Positions 1 through 13,711 of a DNA stretch of 64,000 nt are shown here, in pieces. The translations under genes and the position numbers were made by a program. Positions within the stretch are counted from its first letter, which is position 1; every line of letters begins with the position of its first letter. Source of the stretch: Antedon mediterranea (lineage: Eukaryota > Animalia > Echinodermata); assembly GCF_964355755.1 (NCBI RefSeq), contig NC_092678.1:17935365-17999364 (forward strand), written 5' to 3'. The notes beneath the pieces are model-generated. The model did not search any database, was not told where the DNA came from, and saw only the letters and a program-made list of their open reading frames with translations.

Positions 1-1057
1 TTCGCATTTTCCTATCTCCTTCTACGATAATTGTTTTTAATAGCTGAAAACCGGTTGAACAGCTAGAGTACAGCATCATAATGTTGAAGACAGGCCTACT
101 TTCTTCAAAAATACTATTTTGATATATTTAATATACGATTATACAAATGTATTGATTTGCGATGAATGGAACATTCCAATCTCTGTTTCACAAGTGTCTA
201 TTCCCTCAGGCGTCGTAAAGGCAAGTACAGTACTGTATACTCAAAATTCGATCCATTTTTGTTTTCAATCTGTGCTGCAGAGGTTGGATATAATTTTTTT
301 TTAAACGGATAATGAGCTAGCGTTTTCACTCGCCGTATATTATGTACAAATCTTTATTATTGCAGTTAAACCACCCACATCATCACCTTTCCCTCACTGG
401 CATGAGTAGCGTTGTAAAACCAGTAGAGAATAGGCCTACGGTACATCACATGCCCTAAACGCAGAACAACTTTGGTGGGTAGGGTAGAAACCAACTTAAG
501 TATGAATTGGCTCTAAGAAACAATTGAAAACCATTAGGCCTACTAATTAAGTTGAGTTAGATAATTTAATATTTATTGACGATTAAATCGAATTTATGGT
601 TTTACATTGTATTATAAACATATACACGTCGTAGTGATGTATCGTTACATGTGCTGTACTATTTCAATCGACTAGGACGGTGATAGCTTCAACAAAGTAT
701 TACATCGCAATGTTTTACTGTGTTTAGTGGTATATTATTTGTAAAACATGAAAGCAATTAATATTTCGTTACTAAATGGATAAAGAATAATATTTTAACA
801 TTGTTCCTCTTTGCACCCATCCTCTTCCCCATCTCAACCCTAATGTTACATACAAAACACAAATTAAGTTTGTTTAAATTTGACTTAAACAATTGGTCTT
901 ATAGGGTGCTAATTTTAGTTGAGTACATAAATCACAGTGTCTATTTATTCGTTCCTGTAAACGACATGTATTATTGTCCTGCGGTACGTACATTTGAAAT
1001 CGCCAGTTTTTTAACGCTGAAATTATTATGTATTCGAGAACCATCTGTGGGCACGAC

Positions 1058-1094
1058 CTAGATGGTACGCGAGCGAAGCGAGCGTACCATCTAG
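1058..1094. repeat. Perfect 13-bp hairpin with GAGCGAAGCGA loop (possible Helitron/Helentron-type terminus remnant)
   Basis: CTAGATGGTACGC-(11 nt)-GCGTACCATCTAG, followed by TTTT. Confidence 0.6.
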
Positions 1095-1297
1095 TTTTAA
1101 AAATTCATGGCAGTTGTAATGGTTGAATTAAACCATAGTCAATATAGGCCTATACTTTCAAAATCTTCAGCGTTGGTGCAAAATTAATTAATTATGGATT
1201 ATTTTTAATTTCCTAATTGAATTTTGTGCTTTAACGGATGTACTATCCGAAATAAAAGAAAGGAATGAATTAATTTATATAATTAGAAGTATCTTAC

Positions 1298-1400
1298 CGT
1301 TAACCGGCGCACCAGCACTAACAACATTCGCCGCCGAAGCGCTCTCAGGTTCTCCGATGATATCATTGATAGAAAAGCCGATTGACTGTTTCGTCATCAT
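1298..1400 (-). CDS. First coding exon of a probable Emx/empty-spiracles-like homeobox transcription factor (eh1 motif); rest of gene not found in window
   Basis: Translates MMTKQSIGFSINDIIGEPESASAANVVSAGAPVN and ends at a strong G|GTAAGA donor (1297). FSINDII fits the eh1 Groucho-binding motif (FSIxxIL), and KQSIGFSINDIIG resembles the N-terminal eh1 of Ems/Emx. Possible upstream acceptor ttttag at 1443. No homeodomain is visible. Confidence 0.6.
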
Positions 1401-2261
1401 TATTAGGCCTATACTCGATTTTCGTTTCTATCTTGCCAGAAGCTAAAACACAAACAGGTTTAATATAAAAAATATAATGGGCCTATTTGTGTTGATATTT
1501 TAAAAGCTTGACCAAATTTACGTAACATGAGATTAGAATGATGACCATATTCGCGAAGTACCTGTTGTATGCTGTACTGAAGTGTTAACAACAACATCTT
1601 CGCATTTAAAAAAAATTGTCTAGGTAGGTTGAGTATGCCGTATCTTGTAGGGTATAATAGTATGTTGCCCATTTGAGTAGCATTACATGCAGTAATCATA
1701 CCATTACTCTGGACATTTCTGTTAAATCACATTAATTTATATTTTACCTAACATCTTTTGCTAAAACACCTGTTTGCATTGTTTTCTGAAGTTACTGAAC
1801 ATCAAAACAAAGTATTTTTTTAAACATCTATTTACAATACCACTTTTTATATTAATTAAAATTACAAATTATTTTTGTGTACTGCAAAATCCACTCCACA
1901 TCATTAAGTTAACTAAAGCAAGTTGGTATTCTGAATTTAGCCCAGATAGATACATAGATGAATGTACCCCGTCCGGAACGTACTTGTAGACTATGTAACA
2001 GAGGAGAAGTAGAGAACGTCTTTCATCTTATTTTTAACTGTCCATTATCATTATAATCAAGATATAAATCGTCTCATTTCAAATTATATTTCAAATATGT
2101 TCTACTTTGTTTTATTATTTAAGTATAGAAACCCAAATACGATTAAGTTATTGGCAATGCTATTGTATCTGCTTTCAAGAAACGAACATTGTTATTATAT
2201 CAGAATGGCAAAAAATATTGTTATGATTAATATAAATACGACAATTACAAAATCCCTCTTT

Positions 2262-2325
2262 CAATTCAATTCAATTCAAAATTCTTCAATCATCCCACAA
2301 ATAAAAAGGTCTGGATTAAAATGAT
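2262..2325 (-). mobile_element. Short LINE/SINE 3'-tail remnant ending in (TTGAA)n; second copy at ~60896-60970
   Basis: attcaattcaattcaaaattct.caatcatcccaca...aataaaaaggtctggattaaaatgat occurs at both loci. Confidence 0.45.
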
Positions 2326-4469
2326 CTTACAAAATATACAAAATATCACAATACACAGTACAATATAACAAGAGTCAAAGTTCAAGAATTTAAGAGTCGG
2401 GTAGCCACTGGCAAAAACGAATTTCTTTTCCGATTTGTTCTACATGCCGGGCATCGAAAGCATGAGGCATGAGCTCGAAATCACTAAACAAGGCATGGTT
2501 AACATATTTTAGAATAGCTCTAGTTTTTCTAGAGTGTGCATGTCACAGAAAGAAGATAAGCTACGAAGTTGACAACCTATTAATTTAGAACTTAAGTTAA
2601 CAATTCTTTGTAGTGAGTTTTTCTCTCTCTCTATGACCCTAAGACTAAAAAAACAGCATATAGGCCTAAAGGAAAAGGGTAAAACGTTCTCAATAAAGAA
2701 TTACTTTATCGACACAAAAATGGTTCAGCTTCCTTAACAGATAAAGTATCTGGTGTCCTTTTGGGACAACCCTAAGGTACTTTTAGACTTTTTAGTGAAA
2801 ACTAAATTATGTGAATAAATTGCTGAAACAAAAAGAGCACAGAAATAAAAGATACACAATAACAAACACATAATGAATATTAATAGGATATAAATAATAT
2901 AGAAGCAGGGGGTGTAATTCTAAACAAAACTCCCTGATAGAAGGTAGTGCCGACATTGTGTTTATCAACTTTAATTTTGTTATTTAGTAATCAAGGTTAA
3001 AAACAATTAAAACCTGCAGAAATAATATTTTTAACAAGTACAAAAAATCAGGCCTTGATGACAAGGAATGCCATATAAAAGATATAAAAACTAATTTTCA
3101 CTCCACCACTCTACAAAGAACTGAGAAAATATACATAAAAAATACGAAAGATTACGAAATTCAAAATTTAAATAATAAAATCTACTAGCAGTATATCCAA
3201 AAATACATTAAGTGATGAGTTAAAATGACAATTATCTTTCCATGCTAATCAAAACATTATAATAATAGTCAGACTTGACACTTGACACTCCTCCTCCTTT
3301 ATTATTCTAGTGTATAAGTAGTAGGCGTATACAAAGTTTGTTTGTACCACCGAAATCTTTAAAAATAATTAATGATACATTAGTAACATGTGACACTGTA
3401 TCAAGAATGTTTACTACTGTATTAGTATCATTTTTAAAGATGTCGGTTATACAAACAAACATAATTGTATACGCCTATACTACTTTATGTTTGTTTGTAC
3501 AACCGACATCTTTAAAAATAATGAATGATACAGTAGTAACATGTTACGCTGTATCAAGAATGTTTACATTAAGATACAATAGGGGAATAATTTACATACT
3601 TACATATTTCTATGAAAGCTTTATTGATATAACGTCACATGTTGCTATACTGTATCAGTATAATTTTTAAGATACAATAATGGAATAATTTACATACTTA
3701 CATATTTCTATGAAAGCCTTCTTTCAGTTAATGTTGCTTAAGTTACGCGACTTATAAACTAAGACTGGTACAAACGTTGTCAAACCACGGAATATATACA
3801 TCTACAAAAAAAGTCATTTTTATACATACCATTATATACTATTAATGACTATGTAAATTTTATTATTAAAATGTTAACCCAAATAGTGCGTTTTTAATTG
3901 ATTTATAGACCTCAATAACGCCATTAGGCTTATAGCTGTCATGATTAAACAACCAATCTTGCTTTGTTCATTTAAAAACCTAACGAATATATCTTTTTAT
4001 TGGAATTTATTCAGCAGGCGAATCTAATAATATTACTTTTATTGATCTTAATATTGGTTATTGATAACAATGTATTGATATTATTGGTTAGGCCTATTAT
4101 AGTAAACAAAGAAAAATTTCTGAAAAATTACAATGTTAGAAATAAAAATTAAAATAAAAAAATAAACTTAAGTAAAAACAATAAAGGAAAACGACTAGAA
4201 AGAAAGTGGCAATATTTTTTTGTTTGCCTTATATGGGTTCGTCCCACTTTTATGTCATCATCTTTTCAAATATTGAAATACATTATACGTTATAAATTAA
4301 TAAATATTTTTGATAGTGCTATACAATAAAACTATCCTATTTTTCAACCTATATGGTACTTTTTTGTAATTTATTTATTTTTTGTCTCTAAACTTTCCTT
4401 TTTTGAGACATCACCATCCTGATTGGTTGAAATTTTCATAAACTAAATTTCATTTATCTATTTATTTAT

Positions 4470-5060
4470 TTCATTTATTTATTCGACATCATGTCCTGGG
4501 ACCCCAACAGCAACAGAGTTACCATAACATGTAATGTCTGGGGCCCCAGAAGAACTGAACAACATACCATTAAAAATCAATATACAGTTCAAAATACATT
4601 TAAAATATCACCAACATCAGTTTTGTACTTTTCCAAAAATGTTTAAGGTCCATCCTTCTTCGCTAATTAACAACGTGGCCATCTTTAACAGGCCCAACAC
4701 TTCATTACATTTATTTTGCCATAGTATATTTTTTTTCTTTATTGTGACGCAAACACCACTTTTATTCAAATTCTTATTATCTCATATCATTACATAAAAT
4801 CATATTATTTAACACATTTTTGTTAATTCTAAATGTCGTCAGTAACATGTTATATTTTTTAGTTCCGTATTACCTTCTTTGCCAATATATTTAACAATAG
4901 GCCTATATAATTGTACATGAAAACATCATCAACAGTTAAAATAGAGAAAAGGAGATTAAACCTACTCTGCGCCATTAGGATTACAAAGGTTGGCATCATT
5001 ACCAAAAGCGTAGACAAATAAACACTTCCTTTCCGCACATTTATTGGTGAGAGGCATAGA
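4470..5060 (-). mobile_element. Possible highly decayed L1/Tx1-like LINE 3' end
   Basis: Minus-strand fragments (LTVDDVFMY..LLNILAKKVI, ILWQ) loosely resemble the Tx1 ORF2 C-terminus. (TAAA)n-like tail near 4470. Confidence 0.3.
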
Positions 5061-6550
5061 GTAAAAAACAACAGAACTAATACCTTCTAGATAGATCCTT
5101 GTATAAAAAATGCAAACTTCTTAGAATAGATAGAACATCATCATATATAAAAATGTTAACTTATATCAACAAAAATATGATTTTAATTGATTTATTGATG
5201 CAACAAAGGAAAATTAGACTACTTGAAAAAAGACTGTGGGAATGGAAGTAGAAATAACATATTAGCAGAAAGTTATACTTAAAAAAGGGGAGAAGGGGAT
5301 AAAACTGAAACATCCAGAAATAATTAAGGTCCCAAGTTGTCGTAAAACAGTGTTCCTTACCCGGGCTATGAGAGTAAGAAGAGAAATATTATGACACTGG
5401 ATAAATCTAGACGCAGTAGTACCAAGAATCGGTGTTTCGTCATGTCAACGCATTATTTAACACACTAGCTATAGTCTGTCATTTCTGTTGATCTTATTTG
5501 CAGGTCTGGTTGGTGAATCAAAACAGCACAGCTTGTGTTATGATCGATACCATTATAAATTGTTTTTACACTTTACGGTACGGCAAATCTCTCTGACGAT
5601 ATGATGTTATATAATGCATAAATAGTATACATATAATATAATGTAATGTATGTAATGTAAATGTAAGGATGATCTCTTGCATAGTTTTTTAAAATGTAAG
5701 GGGAAACTTAATATAATATAAATGAAAATATTTATACAGTATATTTAAAAAAGATAATACACAAACATAATGAAATTGTTTATTTATCAAAATAATTATG
5801 TTTTGAAATGAAATAAAGGCTAGTGAATCTCATAAAAGAGAAAAAAAGACATTCAGTTATACATTTGCAAATTAATTTACAATAAAACAGAATCACATTC
5901 ACAGACACCAATTAAAAGCGAAATAGAAGCGACGTGAGTGAGAATTTTTAAACGAAATTCTCTTTAGATTAAAAAAATTAGTATTATTTAGTCTTACAAA
6001 AGTAGGCATTACTGAAAAAATATTTTTAGTTTACAGGGAAAAAACCCACTGATGTTTAAAAAAGGTTAGGCCTAAAGGTAATTAAACATTTGTTACAAAA
6101 AACGTATGATGCTGAACGCACGTGAATGGACCAATCACAATTAGCGACTTTGAACATGATCGGTCAAATTACTTTTTACAAATTATTGGCGTTTACGAAA
6201 ACTTGTAGTGGCTGACGGAAAGCAGACAATGGTCTTAAAATATTATTAACTTGTGAACCGAACATGTTTCCGTGCTAGTGTAAACCAAGCTTAAAACAAA
6301 TAGTTCTTTGAGGTCGTGATCCTATTTTATAGTCAATGTATATCAACTAGGTTAATGTTGATAGGGTCTACGCCCTTTAGACCAATCAATGCGTTAGTGG
6401 CTGGTACGCAAGAAAATGAAAACGGGGTACTATTAGGCCTAATAGAATACTGTTTTCTTTCGATTGGTTAGTTGGGTTAATTGTTAAAATAATGAACGTC
6501 TATAAAATATTATCGTCATTATAAACCATCAGTTGTAGACTAAGGTCTAA

Positions 6551-7134
6551 TTAAACTAAAACCTGCTGGTACTAAACGCTGCAATATAACCAGGTTCTTG
6601 TAAAACAGTGGCAAAAAAATGTATAGACTTTTGTTACATAAGTTTATTTTTTAGGACAGCATGCCATCTAATAATAACTATTACCAGGGAAGGATTCCAC
6701 ACACTCCCGACTTACTATCGAAGCAGTTTGCGTCATGGAGAAAAGTGAATTGGCCGTAGAATTGCATGGCATGGGTATTTAGGACAAAAAGAACCGCTTC
6801 ATAAGCATAGAACACATTATTACATAGATTGTGTCAACGGTTTTAAACTAAAACCTGCTGGTACTAAACGCTGCAAAATAACCAGGCTTCTTGTAAAACA
6901 GTAGCAAAAAAATGAATGGACTTTTGTTACATACGTTTTTTTTTTAGGACAGCATGCCATCTAATAATAACTATTCCCAGGGAAGGATTCCACACACTCC
7001 CGACTTACTATCGAAGCTGTTTGCGTCATGGAGAAAAGTGAATTGGCTGTAGAATTGCATGGCATGGGTATTTAGGATAAGGGACGCTTCATAAGCATAG
7101 ATCACATTATTACATAGATTGTGTTAACGGTTTT
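6551..7134. repeat. Two-copy tandem duplication, ~292-bp unit
   Basis: ttaaactaaaacctgctggtactaaacgctgcaa... starts at 6551 and 6843, with few differences. Confidence 0.9.
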
Positions 7135-7198
7135 CTAAAGAAAGTGGCTCAATGGTGTTAAACGGGTTTGAATGTTAAGACCAAATATACAAAAGATA

Positions 7199-8130
7199 CC
7201 GTAAATCTTCTAATAGTAACCCACACTCCAATAGTAACCCCCTTCTAATAGTAACCCACCTTATAAGTCAATCTATAATAGTAACCCACACTCCAATAGT
7301 AACCCCCTTCTAATAGTAACCCACCTTATAAGTCAATCTATAATAGTAACCCACACTCCAATAGTAACCCCCTTCTAATAGTAACCCACCTAAGTCAATC
7401 TATAATAATAACCCACTATTCTAATAGTAACCCATGGGGGTTACTATTAGAGTCACACAAACTTATGATGCATCCGTATTTTGAAAATAAGGAGATGCAT
7501 GTTGATCTCGGGAATGGGGGAGGATTGAGTGTTATTGAGTTTATAAAATAAAGTTAGAGTTCAAACAAATTTGTTTGTTTTATTATGTTGCTATGAGTTG
7601 CTGACCGGAAAAGTTAGGGTTGGGTACTATTTTCAGGTGCCTAATTTAAGATTAGTAATAGTAACCCACTCTCTAATAGAACCCTCCTTCTAATAGTAAC
7701 CCACCCTAAACAAGAATATTTCTTACAAAAAACGCTGCTCGCTTATTGTTATTGCTAAGGTCAAGTCTGGGGGTCACTTCATCACGCCTAGATACTTCAA
7801 GTATCCTATTACAAACAAAAACTTCAATGGACTGTTTTGATAATAATTCAATGATTATCTGACAGCGAATTATATCATGGGACTCATAAATACCAGAATG
7901 CTTTGAGATTTGTCGTTAGACTCTTTTCTCAGCCGTTTTTGGATTCAACAGGTGGTACCAATAAATTATAGTGGAGTTTCCATTTTAACAAAAATGTCAA
8001 AGTGTAGTACTATAAAGCTGCTTGATTTCATCTAATGAATGAGTCATCTCGTGTGACGTAGCGGGCTAGAGCAGCAGCGTGAAAACAATCAAAGAATAAT
8101 AACCGAGGGTTACAATTAGAAGATTGACGG
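7199..8130. mobile_element. Tc1/mariner-type non-autonomous element (MITE) with internal TAATAGTAACCC repeats
   Basis: TA|CCGTAAATCTTCTAATAGTAACCC ... GGGTTACAATTAGAAGATTGACGG|TA, giving a TA TSD. The TIR motif is reiterated many times in 7209-7450 and 7657-7705. Confidence 0.8.
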
Positions 8131-8499
8131 TATGCCGATAAGTTTCAAACCCGTTTAACAGACTATCAAACTAGTGCTCAAATGGTACCGGTAGTGATAT
8201 ACCCAAATATGGTAGTGATATGACATCATTGTGCCCATATGGAAACATCACATTTCTTGTCACATAAAGTTTTATAGTTTAGACAGAGCTTAAGTTTATT
8301 GACGCTTGCTTCCTCCAACCCGCAACACAATAAAGGAGCACGGCAAGTGAGTTTCAGAGACATATTTTTTTTTCTCTCTTTTGTGGTTAAACACCACTTT
8401 TATTCATTCAATATTTCATACATATTTCGTTCACATTTCATTTCGTACATTAAATTTCCGTTTTCTATTTTTTTCGTTATTTTCCTTATAGTGTTTTAA

Positions 8500-11390
8500 T
8501 GATATGCATACAAAAACCATAAAAATTTACACTTCATTTTGTACATGGTATAATACTGTACATTTTAAAATACAAATATGGATACCACTTATAAGTTACA
8601 ACATGCCTAGTGTATTCATATCTTTTAAAATATATTTAAACTGAATCCAGGGATTCTGGCATACAGGTTTTTTAAGTTACGTTTTAATTTTAATTATGTA
8701 TATGACGTACACAGCTATTGAATACAATTGATTTTTTAATTGATATTTACTTCCTAACAGGAGTTCTTTGAACGAGCTACTGCAGTTATCTAGCTTTTTA
8801 AATATATTGTCAATTTTTTTTCCACAGTATTTGATTACGTCTACAATAATAAAACATATGTTTTTCGTCTTCAATGACTCCACAATTGTTACATATGTTA
8901 TTTTTAGTCGCGTGGAAGCGACTCTATAGTTCACTATGTCGGTCGGTCGGTCTGTCTGTCTGTCGGTCTGTCTGTCGGTCTGTCTGTCTGTCTGTCTGTC
9001 GGTCCGGTATCACTATGCGTTTTATCGCTTTCTGACCTTATCTTGATATCAGTTTAATCTAGCTAGGTCAATTTTTCACAGTATATTCCTTATGGCCAGG
9101 AATCAATGTGGTTATGTTTTCACGGTGCGCAATAAAAAATTACGCGGTCTACGCACGATTTAACGAAATCACGTTTGTAATCATATCTTCACAACCATGA
9201 ATCACAATTAAATAAAATTTGGTACTCATAAATTTCAGGGCATAAATCATCATATGGCAATACAATTACGTGCGTAGCGCATGTAACGCATGCATACGCG
9301 CGCTTAACATTTTCAAAATTTATTTTCGATGAAATAAGAGTACATTTCAGGCAATTTTAAGCGTTTACAAAATTGCCATGAGTGCGCATATTTTTTGCGC
9401 GCGCACTGCGCGTTAAATGTTATTGCTCACTCTTTTTGCCCGATTTCTGTTTTCTTGACTTACTTTTCAACTCCAAATTACGTTATACGAGCACGTCGAA
9501 AGTGACAGGCTACGCACGTGTAAATTAAAAAAAAATAAATGTTTTTAAACATTTCAACATTTTTAAACATGTTCAGTAATTTCGGTCAGTATGGTTCACT
9601 ATGTCGGTCGGTCGGTCTCTCTGTCTGTCTGTCTGTCGGTCTGTCTGTCGGTCTGTCGGTCTGTCTGTCGGTCCGGTATCACTATGCATTGTAGCACGCG
9701 ACTTAATGGCTGTTGGCCTTGTTTTTTTTCAGTTTCCAGTTATTCAGTTTTAGATTTGTAGGTACAATTCTATTTAGTAATTTGTAATTCAATTGGGCAA
9801 ATTTCTTAGTTTTTTCGTTTTTCACTTTTCTTTTCCAGACATCACACCACTTGATATCTTGATCTTGATATTCCATTTAAGTATGCTTTTCGGGGGAATA
9901 AAAACATTATTAACAAAGTTAGAATAAACATCTTTTGTTGTCATGTTAATTATATTGTTGATATTGTATTCCAGATTCACATTCATATATTGGTTCATAT
10001 TTGGCATATTATGTTTAATTATACTTAACCACTCTTTTGGAATAGCTCTAGTTAAAGAAACATATTCAGCTATCCAGTTTTTCTTAATACGTAGTTGTTT
10101 AATTATTTCTATAGGTTTCATTAGACGATTGAAAATAATTATATCTCCAATTAATTTGATTAAAACCTGCATCTATCCAGTTCTTAAAGAATAGTGGGTT
10201 ATTTCTATATTTAATATAATTATTACCCCATAAGTTTTGCTTTATCACTTCTTCATACTTGTTAATTGTACCTTCATTATTCATATTATTAAATTCAACA
10301 CAACACGTTAGAACATTATAATAAAAAGATGGTATATTATCTATAAGCCCATGTTATTTTTTAAATTGATATTTGACATAGGCCCTACTTAAAATTAGTT
10401 GTTCGTTTCCAAATTTGCTAAAATAGTACCGTTAATTCGTTTTCTATGCCTCTTTTTGGCTCATGCCCCATAGCCTACGTATAGTGGTAAGATTTTCCAT
10501 CTTACGTGTTTTCTACACAGTAATTTTCTTGCCCATATCATTTTCAGAGAGTTTATGTGTAATGCGAAATCAGGCATACCTATGCCCCCTTTAATCATTT
10601 TACCGATTAAAGTTTTTCTTTTTATTTTTTCTGTTTTTTCATTCCATAAAAAGTTATGTATCAATTTATTTATTTTAAAAATAACATCACTGGTACATCA
10701 ATTATACATGCATTGTATGTTAGTTTAGACAAAGCTAAACTTTTTAAAATGGTAACTTTGCCAAAAGAGGTTAGGTTTCTTCCTTTCCATCTATTGAGTA
10801 GCATTTCTAAGTTTGCCACCTTACTATCCCAATTTAATTTAGCCTACTGCATTTGTTCTCATTATATCCCACATAAATACCCAAAATCTTAATTGGTTCA
10901 TTAACCCAATTTAGACTGCATGGTTTTTCAATTTTGTTTACATTTTTGCCAATACATATAGCGTTGGTTTTTTTAAAATTTAAAGTCATACCAGACACTT
11001 TACCAAACTTATTAACAATGTTTAAACCAATCTCTATACTTTTTTTCATTTCCCACAAAGAGTACAGTGTCATCTGCCAGATGCGCAATGCGAACTTCCT
11101 CACCATTATTATTGTTAGGTAAAGATATTCCTTTATAGCATTTATCTTTTCTTATATTATACGCCATATTTTCTACTACTATTATAAAGAGTAACGCCGA
11201 CAATGGGCAACCCTGTCTTATTCCGCATTCCATTTCAAAACTTTCTGAAATCCAACCATTATTAACAATAACACATTCAGTTTTACTATAAATTATATTT
11301 ACCCATTTTAAAAAGGAGTCTCCAAAATTAAATTGTGTTAGTACCTTAAACATAAAATCTCTATTACAGAATCAAAGGCTTTTCTAGACA
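8500..11390 (-). mobile_element. 5'-truncated, frameshifted L1/Tx1-clade LINE ORF2 (reverse transcriptase to C-terminus)
   Basis: ORF fragments KAFDS..FNFGDSFLKWV..GIRQGCPLSALLF..LADDT, SGMTLNFKKT, KILGIY, FLWNEK..KIKRKTL..GGIGMPD, QNLWGN..I..N.PLFFKNW are typical of Tx1/L1 ORF2. Interrupted at 8901-9723. Confidence 0.9.
8901..9723 (+). mobile_element. Helentron-associated non-autonomous element (HINE/DINE-1-like) inserted in the LINE
   Basis: Begins and ends in T-runs. Subterminal inverted repeats AGTCGCGTG (8906) / CACGCGACT (~9695), two (GTCT/GTCG)n microsatellite blocks, no TSD. LINE sequence continues on both sides. A short relative lies at ~57508-57626. Confidence 0.7.
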
Positions 11391-12828
11391 TATTTTTAAT
11401 TGTTGTCTGAGATACAAAAAAACTGTTTGGATGATCCATCATCATGATTGGTCGACTCAATTGAGTTGCGCTTAAGTCATTGCGTCGCGTCCAAGTTGGA
11501 ACTATAACAGGATGGGCCAGTTATATAATAATAATAGGTCGAATACCTTATTCTTTAACATTACAAATCCAGAAAGAAAACACTCCGAGAGTGCATATAA
11601 TACTTACGCCTAAAGTAATTCCGCTACATAATTATGATTTCCACCGAATTGTTGTTATTGTTGTGCCTTGTGCGATTAGGCACAACAATTGCACTACAAC
11701 CTTGTGAATGTGAGTTTCGTGTAATGATATTATATCCAGCCTTATTACACAGTTGTTGAGGGTCTTGGTTCTGCTCAGGATCTTTTTTTCATCACCTTTT
11801 AATATTTTTGTTTTATATTTTATTATTATTTCTTATTCTTAATATTTTACAATTTTTTTAAAGATCTTGTAATTACAGTACAACATAAACCCAGTCAGTT
11901 GCATTTTGTGACCTTTGACCCTAAGTTGCAACAATTTTACTATCGACTACGTTTAATTGAAATCAGCCCAGGATAAGAATATCATCTTTCTAATTATTAG
12001 GCTCATGATTATTAATTTACGGTTTTTGTCTCGGACATCAGGAAGGACTCTAAATCACTAGCCTAAAGGTTTATACATCTAACTGGTCAGGTGGCTAGGT
12101 AGATTTGCGCCCGAGAATAGTAATCATCAAAAGAATTCGAAATAGGGTAAGATGTTCTGGGTCACATGGATGCATCACATACTGTTCATTCGATGTATTT
12201 CGTGATCTGCCTATACTATAAAACAACAAAGAATAACATATACATAGTGAACTAGAACTCAACAATACAACTTTAACTTTACAAATTAATAATAGGCCTA
12301 TATCCACATTTAGTGTCTCTAAATTCATTTATTAAAAACTCAGTAAGATTCAGATTAACTTATTGATTTTACACATCAACATAATAATTGTACTACAGTA
12401 TATACACTTACATGGAATGCTCATCTTATAAAAACCATTATAATCTATAAATCATAATTTAGACACACAGTTGATCTATATTTTCTAATATAAAAAACAC
12501 TAATAGTCTAATACAATAAAACTATACTGTTTATGTTTATAGTATAGAATTTAAAATGAGAGAAAAAATACAGTATATTACAGTAGCATCCGGTAGTTGT
12601 GTGACATGGGTGTATATACCAATTTTATTTTGTTTATTTTGGTTAGTTGGGATTGGGAACCGCACAAAATGAATAACTCATTAGTAATATGGTATGGCGT
12701 ACGAATTGTAGTTTGTTTAGAGCCTACCGAATGGTTTAGACTATTTGCTAGTCGATGTATGGGGTTCGAATCCCATGAGCAACTCATTTTACTTACTCCA
12801 TAGTGAGAGATAGAGAGAGAGATCATTT

Positions 12829-13009
12829 AAGCGGGGTTCCGACTAGCGACGCAACACAAGGACGTAACGCAACGCAAGTGAATTGACCAATTACAAGCGA
12901 TGGCTTATTCGCTTGTGATTGCTAACTGTCTATAACTTCGCTTGTCATTGGTTAAAACGCTTGCGTTGCGTTTACGTCCTTGCGTTACGTTCTAGTGAGA
13001 ACCAAGCTT
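12829..13009. mobile_element. ~180-bp MITE (PIF/Harbinger-like) just downstream of the SLC35C1 stop; relatives near 6064-6292 and 63040-63345
   Basis: Imperfect TIRs AAGCGGGGTTCCGACTAG..ACGCAA / TTGCGT..CTAGTGAGAACCAAGCTT, with TTA/TAA flanks. Confidence 0.7.
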
Positions 13010-13184
13010 AAGTGAAAGACTGAATAGAAATATATTGAATAAGGCTTTGCGTGTTTCCCCAGGACGGAGTATCCAAAATCAAGTAGTATACGTATGAAAC
13101 GCCATATGTGCCAAAATATCTATCTTTTTACTAATATTAAGACAAAACTCCGTCTGGAACCCAGACTATCTTTCACCTTGCACA

Positions 13185-13711
13185 CTAAACTGGTTTTTCC
13201 AAGAGACCCTCTTTTGCTTCATCGTTCGCTTTTGCCTCATGCACACGTTTCATTTCGTTCCGTCTCACCACGGTGTAAACCAACGATCCGCCTAATACAA
13301 GTGCGTTACTTATCCACCACAACGCCGTTTTGATATCTTGAAAGTACATGATTGCAAGAATTGTCTGAGCGCACGCTTTCGCCGTGCCGCTTATATTGTG
13401 CGTCAGAGGACTCGTAACTTTAATCTGTAGTCCGCTTACAAAACCGATCGCAAATCCAAATATTCCAGTAATTGTCATCACTAACCAAAACACACCGCTA
13501 TATAATTTGTTAAAGTTTGCAACTTCTTGAAGTTCACCTGAGAAAATTAGTAACGGTATAAAGAGTATAACAGCGTTGATGTTATTGTTGTACATTAACC
13601 TCCAGATGTTGTTATCAACACACGGTAGTGTTTTCTTAGTGAAAATAGCATTAAGTGATACACATAAACTTGCTAGAACACCATAAATTACACCTTTATA
13701 GTTGAGAACAC
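13185..13711 (-). CDS. SLC35C1: GDP-fucose transporter 1, coding exon 6 (last)
   Basis: Acceptor ttttAG at 13713-13712, phase 1. Encodes [39 protein letters not shown]...[22 protein letters not shown]...EKPV*, with the SLC35C1 hallmark [18 protein letters not shown]. Confidence 0.95.
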
